Shown piece after piece: positions 1 through 12,920 of a DNA stretch of 64,000 nt (positions within the stretch are counted from its first letter, which is position 1; each line of letters begins with the position of its first letter). The notes under the pieces were generated by a model. It saw only the letters and a program-made list of their open reading frames with translations. It searched no databases and was not told the DNA's origin. The position numbers and the translations under genes were made by a program. Origin of the DNA: Mobula hypostoma (taxonomy: Eukaryota); NCBI RefSeq assembly GCF_963921235.1, contig NC_086109.1:11532001-11596000 (forward strand), read 5' to 3'.

Positions 1-500
1 AGCTATGGAGAGGGTGCAGAGGAGATTCACCAGGACGTTACCTGGATTGGAAAACAAGTCTTATGAGGCAAGGTTAGCAGAGCTGCGACTTTTCTCTTTG
101 GAGCGTAGAAGGATGAGAGAGGACTTGATAGAGGTCTACAAGATTATGAGAGGCATAGATAGGGTGGATAGCCAGTACCTGTTTCCCAGGGCACAAATAG
201 CAAAGGCCAGAGGGCATATGTACAAAATTTAGGGAGGGACGTTTAGGGGAGACATCAGGGGTAAGTTTTTTATACAGAGGGTTGTGGGTGCCTGGAATGA
301 CTTGCCAGGGATGGTGGTAGACTTTAAAACGTTAGGGGTATTTAAGAGCCTCTTGGACAGGCACATGGATGAAAGAAAAATAGAGGGTTACGGGGTAGTG
401 TGGGTTTAGTACTTTTTTTTAGGAATATATGGGTTGGCACAACATCAAGGGCCGAAGGGCCTGTACTGTGCTGTAGTATTCTAGTGTCTAGTGTCTAGTG
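1..500 (+). mobile_element. CR1 LINE 3' end
   Basis: ORF2 C-terminal motifs ERVQRRFTR and LERRRMREDLIEVYKIM, then gggccgaagggcct stem-loop and (TCTAGTG)n tail. Confidence 0.9.
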
Positions 501-1479
501 ACTCGCTCGACCCATCTTTGTACAACATGTCTAATCCAGGCAGGAGCCTGGTAAATCTCCACGAACCATAACACTACCATGCTGATAATTTATAGAATCT
601 CAACAAAGTATTTCCATAAACACGCTTCATGTAACTTAATCTCTGCTCATTTCACCAGATCAATGGCTAATTATTTTTACACCATAAAATGAAGCCATTT
701 CAGCCCTATGGGTCTATGCAGTTTCATTTCCCACCAGTCCTTACAAAGAGCTGCTAAAGACTAAATGGACCAAATAGTCTCCCACCATACCAAACCCAGT
801 CTATAATCTCATTTTCTGACATGATGGCCCTCAATTCTTAATGGACTAGACAGTCATTAGTGCATTGCCTATTCTGGAAGTTTGCAATACACAAATTGAC
901 TGTTGGGTTGTCTGCACAACTTTGCACTTCAAAAGCACTTCGTTGATTGTGAAGTGTCTTGTGAAATTTTTATAGACCTGTAGATCAAGAACCATAGAAA
1001 CAGGTCCTTCAGCTCACTGAGTCTGTGCAGACCATAAAACACTCACTTCCATGAATCCCTTTCTCTTCTCCTCGCGCTCCCATCAATACCACCTAGATAC
1101 TCACCTACAATTTACCACGGACAATTATCCCACCACGCTGTACATCTTTGGGATGTGGGACAGTGGGGTAATTCGAACACTCGGAGGAAACCCACACAAG
1201 GAGACATACCACGCCAAAGCAATGGAGGATAGATTGGGTCAAAAGCAAACCCTCTGTGCTACACGTACTCCGTAGAGTTTCTTTGCTAAATGCTCCCCCA
1301 CAACTTTGTTTCAGCTCACTACACCTCATCTTGAAAAGTAAAATTGATTGTCATCTTTCCTGATCCCTGTTGCGTATTCTCAACGGTAGTGTTTCAGCAC
1401 ATCTGGTTAGTATTAAGAATTCCTTGGGTTGTATATAACTAGATGCTATAGTTCAATATATGAGATAAGAAAGTCTTAC

Positions 1480-1519
1480 TTGAGATCACAGAGAGCAATA
1501 GCAGAGGAGCAAACAGCAT
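1480..1519 (-). CDS. Leader exon (MLFAPLLLLSVIS-) of a second secreted/membrane protein gene, probably a CD300-like paralog continuing left of the window
   Basis: ATG in ggaacaATG context, hydrophobic signal-peptide core, donor CAA|gtaaga in phase 1 (40 nt), Ets site about 50 bp upstream. Paralog identity is inferred from context only. Confidence 0.6.
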
Positions 1520-1566
1520 TGTTCCAGTGATGGTTCTCAGTTTCCAGTGACTGTGTCTACAATATA

Positions 1567-1581
1567 CACTTCCTCCTCTTT
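1567..1581 (-). promoter_or_regulatory. PU.1/Ets-like site upstream of the left leader exon
   Basis: Minus strand reads AAAGAGGAGGAAGTG, a purine-rich GGAAGTG core about 50 bp 5' of the ATG. Confidence 0.45.
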
Positions 1582-1805
1582 TTTGAAAGGATCTGTCATG
1601 GATTGCACCATTTCCTCTTAAATTAGCAAATACCTTTGCAATGTGACACAGAAAAAGGGACATTAACAGATGTCCTTTTTCACATGTTAACGTATATATT
1701 GTTAAAAGTTTTCAGTTTGGGGAGACAGGAAGATGACTCTTAACTGAATATAAGTACACACAGAGGCTAGAAGATCTGCTAAAAAAACAGCATTACCTTC
1801 ATCCT

Positions 1806-1995
1806 ATACAAAATGCTGTAAGAACTCAGCAGACCTGGCAGCAGCCATGGAAAAGAGTCAAAAGTTGATGTTTCAGGCGCTTCATCCGGACTCAAGATTA
1901 AGGATCTCTTTTCTATGGATGCTGCCTGGCCTGCTGAGTTCCTCCAACATTTTGTGTGAGTTGCTTGGATTTCCAGCATCTGCATGTTTTCTCTT
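1806..1995. mobile_element. Penelope-like inverted-repeat (hairpin) element, degenerate
   Basis: Inverted arms acaaaatgctg...actcagcag / ctgctgagt...cattttgt. Confidence 0.6.
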
Positions 1996-2059
1996 GTTTG
2001 TGGTTCTCTTCATCCTTACTGTTTCAGTGGCAGGATGGACAATATTCAGCATCTGAGTC

Positions 2060-2386
2060 ACTGCCATCAGGAAGGAGGTACTGTAGCCTTGGGTCCCACA
2101 CCACCAGGTTCAGGAACAGTAATGAATGCTCAACCATCAGTCTCCTGAACTAGTGTGGATAACTTCACTCACCACAACACTGAACTATTCCACAACCTAC
2201 TGATTCACTTTCAAGGACTTTACTAACCATGCTTTCAATATTATTGATCTATCAAGGACTTTACAAACTATGTTCTATCTATCTATCTATCTATCTATTT
2301 TTTTATCTATATATTTATTTTTTATTTGCACAGTTTGCCTGTCTTTGTGTGTAGTTTTTCATTGATTCTATTATGTTTCTTTGTAT
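2060..2386 (+). mobile_element. Rex1/Babar-type LINE 3' end with (ATCT)n microsatellite
   Basis: LPSGRRYCSLGSHTTRFRNS motif followed by a T-rich 3'UTR; interrupted by the solo LTR. Confidence 0.65.
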
Positions 2387-3250
2387 TGTGACGGGGTCCT
2401 GAATTACCCTATGAACTGTGCTTTTGAAAGATAGAGAGAGACGAAGACTAACTTTTGGACTGTCATTTTAAGGCACGAGGAGGAACTGAGACTAACTTTT
2501 CCGCTGAGTTGGAGAGAGAGAGAGCACTGAGCAGCTTGTAAGTCACTATGGTGACTGAGGGCGGCGTTATTTGATGGACAATTGATGTTATAGATTCTCT
2601 TGAGTATGTTTATACTTTTTCCAAGGACATTAGCCTGTTTGTACATTTCTTACACAGACAAAGGAAGGGGGAGTTATTTGACCTCAGGCACATGTTTTGG
2701 GACACTGAATGAGCTTTGTTGTGCCCTCATAAAAAGTGAGTTTTTGGATCAGGTGGATCAATCAGTGGCTCTTGAAGTGAGAAAAGGGAGTGACCGGTGG
2801 GTAGTTGTCCATGTGACCAACCCTTGGCTGGGTTTATAGCTCCACCACAGAAAAACGGTCCCCTTTGTTGTGGTCTCAGTCGGTGACTTTTAAAGGATTT
2901 CGGAGGACAACGAGAAGATTGACAGCATCAGCTCATCTGAAGACTCAAATCTCTCCCTCTCTCTCTCCATCACTACTCAACTCAACACCACGAACTGAAC
3001 TGAACTTTACTCATTATCGTAAGACTATCTATTTACCCCTAGACTTGAAAAAGCTTGGTTTTTCATATATATTTCCACACTTACTGATTTACTTACTTAT
3101 ATATAATCATTGCTAACCTGTTTGATTTATCTACATTTATTTTATTGTATTGCATAGTTACTAATAAATAATATTAGTTAATAGCAATACTGGACTCTAA
3201 AGTGTTTTCCATTTCTGCTGGTTCTTTAACCCGTCACGGGGTACATGACA
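2387..3250 (+). mobile_element. Solo LTR
   Basis: TGTGAC...ATGACA termini, 4-bp TSD GTAT (2383-2386 and 3251-3254), AATAAA near the 3' end. Confidence 0.85.
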
Positions 3251-4689
3251 GTATTTACTGCAAATGCCTGCAAGAAAATGAATCTCAGAATGGGAAATGG
3301 TGAAATATTCATACTTTGATCATAAATTTCCTTTAACTTTGATATATTGCAAAGGTGGAACTGAATATGACTCACAGTATGTTGTCAACTATCAGTAACC
3401 TTGATATCTTCTTGTTGACAGCGGCACAGATGAATTTTGGGGGGAATGTGTGCTTGACCCACTGCTCTATTCTCTCTAGGCTCATGTGTGTGAGGCTAGG
3501 CACAGCTCACATGTCATCCATAAATTTTCAGACTATTCTACTGTTGATGTGACTTGATAGAGGTGTACAAGATGAGAAGAGACATAGATCGAGTATCCAC
3601 AAGGGTTCTCCACTCCCCTGAGCCATCCTACCATTCGCAGAAATATCATGTTAAATTTTATTAGTTTATGAAAACCATCTGAATTCCCTCTGGTTACCCC
3701 CCCACCTTTCACTTTGCTTATTATGCTTTACGTCGTCCATCACTGCCATTTTCTATCCTTTGTGCATTCCTTTTGCACTCTGTTCCAAAGATGAGGAGTC
3801 CTATCCCAGTTTGCAGTCCGATTATCATTCTTCTATCAATATCACTAAAACAGATTTTCTGACCGTAGGACCATAAGACATAATGCAGAATTCGGCCATT
3901 CAGCCCATTGAGTAGGCTCCACCATTCAACATGTTCATTTATTATCCTTTCTGACCTATTTTCCTCCTTTCTCCCCTAACCTTTGACACCCTTACTAACC
4001 AAAAACCTTTCAACTTGCACTTTAAATTTACCCAATGACTTGGCCCCTAAAACCATTTGTTCTAAAGCTGTTAAAAGGCCTCCTACTACAATAAAAAGGA
4101 CTCTGGATTTCACAGTTCCACCATCCTCTGACTAAAGGAATTTCTCCTCATATGCATTCCAAATAGATGTCCCTCTATTCTGAGGCTGTGCCCCCTGGTC
4201 TGAGACACCCCATTATAAAAAACCTTAGATAAGGTGGTCAATTCTTCGTCTTTATTGAAGTTTGTGGGAGCTTGCTGTGTGCAAATTTGCTGTTGAGTTT
4301 CTCGTGTTACAACAGTGACAACACATCAAAAGTATTTTATTTGTGAATTATTTTAGCAACATTCTGAAAGGGATGTGGAAGACACAATAGAAATAAAAAT
4401 CTTAATCTTCCTTCATCATTTCATCTCTTTCATTGATGGCTTTTCATGGAGTAGAACTCTGCTGGGAATTACGGTCGCAAGTGAACTCAACCATGGCCAG
4501 TCTGATCTCCATCTAAACTCAGAAGAAAATATTTGCACACCTGATTAGGAAGCGTTTTGAGAAAATTGGAGGGGAAACCTGATAGGCTGTGCGATATCGG
4601 TTCTAACAAAAAACAAAAGTCATCACACTGACACATATCATGCAGATCGTATCAAGTACAACCAAGCCTAAGCCTAACCCATAAACACA

Positions 4690-4907
4690 GGAGATGTTTC
4701 AGAAGCTGGAGATCCAGAGCAACACACATAAAAAAAGTTAGAGGAACAAAACAGATATGGCAACATCTATGGAGAGGAATAAAGGACGTTTCAGGCGAGA
4801 CCCTTCATGAATCCTGAGAAAAGGGTGTTGGTCCGAAATGTCTCTTTTTTCTTCTCCATAGATGCTGCCTGAACTGCTGAGTTCATCCAGCATTTTGTGT
4901 GTGTTGC
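4690..4907. mobile_element. Penelope-like hairpin element, degenerate
   Basis: Inverted arms catctatggagag / ctccatagatg around gacgtttcaggcgagacccttcatga. Confidence 0.55.
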
Positions 4908-5299
4908 TAAGCCGATTGCAAATGTTTTAGCAGAAAATACATCAACTGGACTTGAACCGAGCTTATATAGTCAGGTATGCATCAAGTAGGCATACACTGA
5001 TCTGGAATTCCAATCTTTATCTCCTTGTCATTATCAGCTTTTAATAATGCATTAAAACTCATCTTTTTAATAGGTTCACTTCAGGTCATTACTCCTTTGT
5101 CTTACAACCAGATTTGCATCACTGCTTTTCAGTGAAGAACAACCACTTTATAATTTAGTAGCTGTGTGCTGTCTATCCGTGTATATGGATATACAAACTT
5201 GAATTCACAGTGAGTAACATTACTGAAGAGAAATTCAGTATTCCAGTGATGGGTCTTTGGGTTCTGAAGAGGGCAGCACCAATTTGTACTGATCACCCA

Positions 5300-5548
5300 T
5301 TCCTACCACAGTCCAAGGATGTGCTGGGGGCAACCTGCAGGTCACACCATATATCCGGCACCAACATTGCGTGCCCACAACTTACTAACCCTAACTCGTA
5401 CATCTATGAACTGTGGGAGGAAGTTGGAGCACCCAGAGGAAACCCAAGTGGTCATGGGGAAAACATATAAACTCCTTACTGACAGCGGCAGGAATTGAAA
5501 GCAGATCGTTGGCGTCCTAGAGTGTTACACAAATTGCTACATGCAATG
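5300..5548 (-). mobile_element. tRNA-derived V-SINE (antisense)
   Basis: Antisense V-domain-like core ggagcacccagaggaaacccaag...aaactccttac, homologous to the 31216 copy. A shorter copy lies at about 1120-1215. Confidence 0.6.
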
Positions 5549-6195
5549 TCAACATTCATTTCAAGAGGACTGGAATATAAAAGCAAGGATGTAATGGTGA
5601 GACTTTATAAAGCACCGGTGAGGCCTCACCTGGCGTAATGTGAGCCCCTTATCCGCAAAAGGATGTGCTGAAACTGTAGAGGGTTCTAAGGTGGTTCACG
5701 AAAATGATTCCAGGATTGACCAGCTTGCTATAACGTAAAGATTTTTACTCCTCATGTATGCGAAGGATGTAAGAAATAAAGTGAACTCAATTCATATGAA
5801 GAGTGTTTGATGGCTCAGGGCCTGTATTCACTGGAATTCAGAAGAATGAGGGGTGACCTAATTGAACTCTATCGAATATTTAAAGGCCTCGACAGAGTTG
5901 ATGTGAAGAGGATGTTTCCTATAGTGAGAGCATCTAAGACCAGAGGTTACAGCCTTAGAATAGAGGGGTATCCTTTTAGAATGAGGATGAGCAGGAAATT
6001 ATTTAGCCAGAGGATGGTAAATCTGTGGAATTGTTGCCACAGTTAGAGGTTGATAGATTCTTGATTGGTCAGGGCATGAAGAGATATAGGAAGAAGGCAG
6101 GAGATTGAGGCTGAGAGGAATAATGGATTAGCCATGATGAAATGGGAGAGCAATCTTGATGGGCCAAGTGGCCTAATTCTGCCCTTATGGTTTTA
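5545..6195 (+). mobile_element. CR1 LINE 3' fragment
   Basis: GLYSLEFRRMRGDLIELYRIFKGLDRVD motif and CR1 3'UTR. Confidence 0.85.
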
Positions 6196-7339
6196 GATGC
6201 TGAAATTAGTCTTGTGGTTTTGTTACCGTGCTGCCCTTCAAAGCTAGTGTGCCACTCTTCACTTGGTGCCCTTGTTGACACCAAAGAATTTAAAACTCCA
6301 GGCCCTCTCTATTTCTGTTCTATTGAGACTGGCTCATAGAGCTCACACTTCTATCTCCTGGGCTGGGTCTCTCACTTCCTCACAAATTAACAAATATCCT
6401 TGCAACACGGCATAGAATACAAGGCATTGACATACATCCTATTTCACAACTTGCTGTGGTCATGTTAACCAAGTTCCATTTTGAGCACATTAACTGTTGC
6501 TGACTGATGCTTGACGGTTTGTCTGAAAGTCAACACATTCACAGAGAAAGGATGCTGCACACAACAGGAACTAACTCAGAGGCTTGAACTGCAAACATAT
6601 TTTTTCAATCTATTATTCGAAATTTATTTTCCATATTCACCTCTATTAAAGTGGAAGAAAGCTTTTAGATGCTTAACACATAAAATTGATGCTTGTGCAG
6701 CTGGTATTTTGGATATTTTGTGTAGTCCTCTGGCAGTTGTGCAAGAAAAATAGAGGGCTATGGGTATCCCGAGGTAATTTCAAAAGTAAGTACATGTTCA
6801 GCACAGTATTGTGGGCCGAAGGGCCTGTATTGTGCTGTAGGTTTTCTATGTTTCTATGTGGTGGTGATTATAAAACTACCTGTGGTATCGTGAAGGGCAG
6901 ATTGAAAGGGCCATCCACATTGTTGCAGATCTGGAGTTATGTTTGGATAAGATTCAATGCTGAAATTAGTTTTTTTATTGTCACATGTACCGAGGCATTG
7001 TGAAAAAAAGACTTTCTTTTGCATTCCATCTGCACAGATCATTTTATTCACACATTGCATTGAGGGAATGAAACGCTTTAACATTTTGCAGAATAACTCA
7101 TTACAGTTACAGAGAAAGTGCACTGCAGAAAATAAAGTGGAAAGCAATGCTCTGGATGCTTTCAAGAAAGTTAGATAGAGCTCTTAATGATAGCGGAGTC
7201 AAGGGACATAGGGAGAAGGCAGGAGCGGGGTACTGATTGTGGATGTTCAGCCATGATCACAGTGAATGACAGTGCTGGCTTGAAGGGCCGAATGGCCTAC
7301 TCCTGCACCTATTGTCTATTGTCTATTGCAACAGTGAGG

Positions 7340-8010
7340 ATCTTGCTGACCAATGTGTGGTCGCTGGAGAACAAAACTGGAGGATCTGAGGTCAAGACTG
7401 CTATATCAGAGATGAGAAAAACCTCAATTGTTTGTTGTATCGGAACTTGGACAGGCCAGCTGCAGCAGTCAGCCCAGAAGCATTTACGATTAACAGAATG
7501 GACCGAAGTGTGGAGTCAGGTAAGGCAAAGGGTGGAGGCGTGCGTTTTATGGTCAGTTCTTGTCATTGCTCTGATGGGGCGATTCTGTCGAACAAGTGTA
7601 TTCTCGTATTCTCGTCTTGGAACACCTAAAGATCAATTGCAGACCAATCTCCTGACAGCAGCTCATGCACCACCAGTGGCCAACAATAAGCAAGCACTCA
7701 CAACACTGCATGGCGTCTGCAGACAAGAAACAGCCCATCCTGACACATTTCAAATTGCAGCTAGAGACTTCAACCAGCCCTGTTTGAAGAATACCCTGCT
7801 CAGTTACCACCACCATATAATCTGTAGCACCAGAGGTCCCTACATGCTGGACCGCTGCTGCAGTATGTTTATGAATGCCTGCTGTTTCTTGCCCAGACTG
7901 CATTTTGGTAAATTGGATCACTTGGCTGTCCTCTTCCTCATTGTATACAGGCAGAGCATGAAAAGCAAGGCTCCAGAGGAAAATAAATGTAAGAAATCAG
8001 GTGGATGATC
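7340..8010 (+). mobile_element. Rex1/Babar LINE APE-endonuclease fragment
   Basis: ILLTNVWSLENK, GKAKGGGV, ARDFNQ and GKLDHLAVL motifs, with frameshifts. Confidence 0.75.
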
Positions 8011-8039
8011 TTGTTGCACTGTTGTAGATTGTCAGGTAT

Positions 8040-9030
8040 GGTGTTGTGACTGATTGATAGGAGACTGCAGCGAATGGGAATAAAAGGATCCTTTTCTGGT
8101 TGGCTGCCTAAAACTTGTGATGTTCAGCTTCTTTTTATGCAGTATATCAATGATTTAGATGATGGAATAGGTGGCTTTTTGCCAAGTTTGCAGATGATAC
8201 GAAGACTGGTGTAGGGGCAGGTAGTGTTGAGAAAGTAGGTAGGCTGCAGAAGGACTTAGACAGATTCAGAGAATGGGCAAGAGAGTGGCAAATGAAATAC
8301 AATGTTGGAAAATGCATGGTCACACACTTTGCTGGAAGAAATAAATATGCGGACTATTTTCTAAATGGGGAGAAAATCCAAAAATCTGAGATGCAAAGGG
8401 ACTTGGGAGTCCTTGTGCAGGACAACCTAAAGGTTAACTTGTAGGTAGAGTCAGTGGTGAGGAAGGCAAATGCAATTTTAGCATTCATTTCAAGAGGTCT
8501 AGAATACAAGAACAGGGATGTGATGCTGAGGCTTTCTAAGGCACTGGTGAGGCCTCACCTGGAGTATTGTGAACAGTTTTGGACTCCTCATCTACAAAAA
8601 GATGTGTTGGCATTGGAGGTGGTTCAGAGGAGATTCACAGGAATGATTCTGGGAATGAATGGCTTATCATACAAGGAATGTTTGATAGCTGTTCGTCTGT
8701 ACTTGCTGGAACTTAGAAGGATGAGGGGAATCTGATTGGAACCTTTCGAATGTTGAACGGCCTGGACAGAATTTCCCATGGTGGGGGAGTCTAGGAATAG
8801 AGGGTAATTCCTTAAGAGTGAGGAGCATGTATTTGAAAGAAAAATGTGGAGAAATTTCTTTAGGCAGATGGTGGTGAATTTGTGGAATTTATTACCACAG
8901 GCAGCTGTGGAGGCCAGGCCATTGGGTGTAATTAAGATAGAGTTTGAAAGGTGAATAGACATGGCATCATAGGTTTTGGGGAGAAGGCTGGGTAGTGGGG
9001 CTGAGGAGGGGAATAAAGGATTAGCAATGA
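8040..9030 (+). mobile_element. CR1 LINE RT/3' fragment
   Basis: KFADDT-encoding region, KANAILAFISRGLEYK, LVRPHLEYC. Confidence 0.88.
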
Positions 9031-9945
9031 ATTCTACTGCTATCCTGGGAGGTAACTTACTTTAGCAGTTTTCTAAAAACCTGGTAAGAGTGAGTCCATC
9101 TGGTAAGTGTTTTGGCTTTGGCTAAAGATAAGGAGCTATGTTGTCCAATTTAGGAATGTTGTATCAATCAATCAGGATTGCGGGATTTAGTGAATGTTCT
9201 AGAGAGCTGGGCAGAAAGCGATTTCTGAAGGACAGTAGTCTTGTTTGGGGTCCATCAGGGTGGGAACTACAAAGCGGCACAGAAGGGAAGATGCCTCAGA
9301 ATGCTGTTGGAAGCATTCTCCCTGTTGCAAGAAGTGCTTTGCGCAGATGAATGGCTCCAAAGGGGAAAGGCCAATACTCATAAGAGAGCCAGTTCATTTG
9401 AGATGGTCTTTGAGGGAAATATGGACGATGGCAGTTGCTTTCACGATGCCTGTTGGTCCAGCGTGAGTAAAGTGATACACCCTCGACTACTTCAGAAATG
9501 AGTTCTATTGTTAATGTGCACATTGGACTGGTTTAACTGTAATAGGCTCTTTTCTTTTTTCTTTTTTTAACTTTAAATTTAGTATATACACTGCTGGTGT
9601 ACGATCTGTTATTTCTGGGCATGGGCAGTATTTACACTCATTCATTCAAATTGGGGTTCCTTTAATTGGAATATCCCAGCGTTCCTGTTTGGTTGAACAC
9701 CAAATCATACAGACCCTAGACGTATATTGCTTATGAAAGGCAGACTTCACACTGCTGAGTCACATGGCTGTTAGTAGAATTAGATAACATGCCAAGTTGG
9801 TGCATGAGCCCCGGTGAGAGGGTTACATTTGTGCGGTGCTCGTCCCAGATGTCGGACACTGTGTGAATGCTGTTTTAGGATAGATTAAGCGGTTTATTTG
9901 TGTGTTTAAGCTGGTGTTGGGGAAAGTGGTGTGTGTCGTAATGAA

Positions 9946-10180
9946 CGCAAACACGAAGAATTCTGCAGATGCTGGAAATTCAAGCAACACACATCAAAGT
10001 TGCTGGTCAACGCAGCAGGCCAGGCAACATCTCTAGGAAGAGGTACAGTTGACGTTTCGGGCTGAGACCCTTCGTCAGACCCTTCAGTCCTGACAGAGTC
10101 TCGGCCCGAACCGTCAACTGTACCTCTTCCTAGAGATGCTGCCTGGCCTGCTGTGTTGACCAGCAACTTTGATGTGTGTT
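9946..10180. mobile_element. Penelope-like hairpin element with 15-bp TSD
   Basis: Inverted arms of about 90 bp; flanked by gtgtgtcgtaatgaa (9931-9945) and gtgtgttgtaatgaa (10181-10195). Confidence 0.8.
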
Positions 10181-10938
10181 GTGTGTTGTAATGAAGTTAC
10201 TTTAATATGGGTGCTGTGGGGATTAAGGTTTGCTGAGATTTGAAGAGATTATCCACAAATAATGCTTGTATTCTGATATTTGAATTCCAAATGAAGTGCT
10301 ACTGAGGGTGCTGAGTTCTGTAAAAGTACTGGGAAAAGTTAGGCTGATTGAATGGCATTTTGTCCAATCAGCTGGTAAGGATGTCATGATAGACCAGGCT
10401 ACCAGTGACATGACTGATGTTGAGCTTCCCGATAGGATAGGTTCACCTGGAGGGGTGGGGCCATGGGCAGTCCATAGTTTTAGAGAAGGTAGGAATGTAG
10501 CTGAGGGTGAAGACTTTAAGGTCTCGCTCTGTGAAGTGAGTGAAAGGAGTTGTCTGATGTGAGAAGTCTATCAAGTCCTCCAGCAGTTGATTTAAGCTCC
10601 GAATTGGTGTTGCCTGTTACATCACTGGTTGATGAATGCCAAAGTGTATTTGTGGAGAGCAGAAGTTATCGTAGGCTTAGAATGTTCTCTGGAGTTAAGC
10701 CCACACCTGCTGGGAAAGACAACCATGAGGCTTGAGCTGAGCAGATCTCAGTCACTGGTTTTATGGCAGTGCTCAGATAGTTTGAAGAAACTGAGTCTGG
10801 TAGAGAGTTTAAAGGTTCTGGTGGGTGATATAGTCAATTTTCCTAAAGGCAGAAACCCCATTAGCCACTTCAGCTAATTTCCCTGCAAGCTCTGGAAGAT
10901 GTTTTTGGCACAGCTGAAAGTGCAGTTGATCTTAGGAT

Positions 10939-11686
10939 CGTTACCTGTCCCGTGAGTATCTCGTGAGCATGATGTAATTGACTCGTGATATTGACATGAT
11001 GTAATTGACTCATGATAGTGGGGTGATGTGATATCACGTGATGGCATGTTCCAACCGGTATAAAAGGGGAGACTGCAGTTTGTTGCGTAGTTTATTTGTT
11101 GGGGAGTCACAGTGGGTGGTTAGGTATTCGTAGAAGGAGAGAGAGAGAGTGAAAAATTGCCAACTTCGTATGAACCCCAAGAGTTGGGTAGAAATCAATG
11201 GTGTTCTGTGTGCCTTGAACATGACTGACAGTTGGTATGGTCCATACGGGTATTGTGGCACACACTTTTGGTTAACCCCTGCATGGTCTCGGGTGTTGTG
11301 TGGTGACCTCCTCCGGCGAAAGGTCAGTTACTGTGAGAAATCTTATTCTGTGTGATCTCTTCAGACAAGGCATTTCTCAGCTGGCACCTGTGTCAGCAGT
11401 TTTGTCTTTTCTTCATCGCTGGTTCCGGAAGTCTCTCCTCTCGGTTATTTCATAAATCACTTGGATTCTTTGAACTACCACCTTAAGACTGTCTTTGAGT
11501 AAGATCTGTTAAGAATTGTCTCCAAGTTTGACTGTTTGATAACTATAGACGCATAACACTGTTAACTTCTGTTTCATTTAGTTGTTTGTTTATTTTTCTA
11601 TGTTTTTGAGTAGAGGTTAATAAATTTCATTGTTTATTAATAAAAACCCGACTCAATTTCATATCTATTGCTGCTGGTGTGTAACA
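10939..11686 (+). mobile_element. Solo LTR nested in Gypsy gag
   Basis: (C/T)GTTAC...GTAACA termini, TSD GGAT on both sides, internal TATAAAA and AATAAA. Confidence 0.8.
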
Positions 11687-12532
11687 GGATAAAGTTTAGG
11701 CACACATTCCAGGAGGAGGAAGAGGAAAGGTCTGCTTACCTTTTCAGGTTGGAGAAATTGTGGCCATGTTTGTGCCAGAAAAGGGGCCTTGTACTGCCTG
11801 TAAGAAATTGCTCGAGGGTGGAGCAAGTTGAGGAGGGCATGCAGTCACATGACAGGATTGCTTTATGTGTTCCAATAACTCAAAAGCTGAACCCTGCTCC
11901 GTCTTTTACTGAGTTACTCAGAGAAGTTAGAGTGGAGGAAAACTTGGTTGAGAAGTGGAGTATTGTGTTTTCAGTGGTAGCCTCTGCTGTTAAAAAGGGC
12001 CCCAGATGCCGCAAAGATAGAGCTTTTGAGGAATGAGGTGAAAACCCTTCGAGCTGAGCAGACTCGATGGATGCCTGCTAACGTGTCAGCTGAATGTGAC
12101 GCGTCTGTTGTGAAACGCGACAAACCTGTAGAATGTGTCAAGCAGAGGAATGCTGCTAAAAAAGGGCCTTTAAATGAAGAAGTGACTGGCCTTTTCTGTT
12201 ACAGCAGTGGAGAAGATGGATATTTCAAGCGAGACTGTCAGTGATAGGAAAATCTTCGAAAAGTAAATCAGCAGCAGTTAATCAAAGAGGGAAGAAACTA
12301 CAGAGGGACCCAGTAAAGGAATGTGTTGGCACCTTGGAGAGAATACATTCCAATCAGTGTATCAAGGCAAATATTAAAGTGAAAAAAACACTGTTCCCGA
12401 TGATTTAGTGGGACCAAGCTCTGATATATCCATATAGATTTAAAGTATTTATGTTAGAGCCATACTGGACACTGGTTCTTAAATTACATCACTTTAGAGA
12501 TCCTTCAACAACCAGTATTTGATGCACTTAAG

Positions 12533-12920
12533 ATTCAAGATTCAAAGATTCAAAAAACTTTATTGTCATTCTAACCGTACATCAGCTCTGCAGGGCAGAA
12601 TGAGACAGCGTTTCCCAGGAGCAGTGCAATCATAACGTAACAAACACAACACTAAATAATAAACATAACAATAAATAGTAAAACACAACAGCCACATGTC
12701 AGTTAAAATCCAAGTTATAAGTGTCTAGTGCAAGTTAAAAGTGTCCAAAGCAGAGTCAGGTAGAGCAGCTATTTAGCAGTCTGACTGCCCGTGGGAGGAA
12801 GCTGTTTAGTAGCCTTGTGGTTTTAGCTTTGATGCTCCTGTAACATTTGCCTGATGGCAGAAGAACAAACAATTCATGGAGAGGGTGTGAGGGGTCTTTA
12901 ATGACATACCTTGTCTTCTG
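12533..12920 (-). mobile_element. Rex1/Babar-type LINE 3' end nested in Gypsy protease region
   Basis: (caagatt)n-type tail followed by ctttattg, and antisense coding sequence like other Rex copies. Confidence 0.6.

Noticed and set aside
5112-5119. Octamer ATTTGCAT
   Set aside because: A single 8-mer is expected by chance in 64 kb, and it has no linked promoter or exon.
7187-8008. 273-aa ORF
   Set aside because: Chance read-through of a CR1 3' tail into a frameshifted Rex1/Babar endonuclease fragment.
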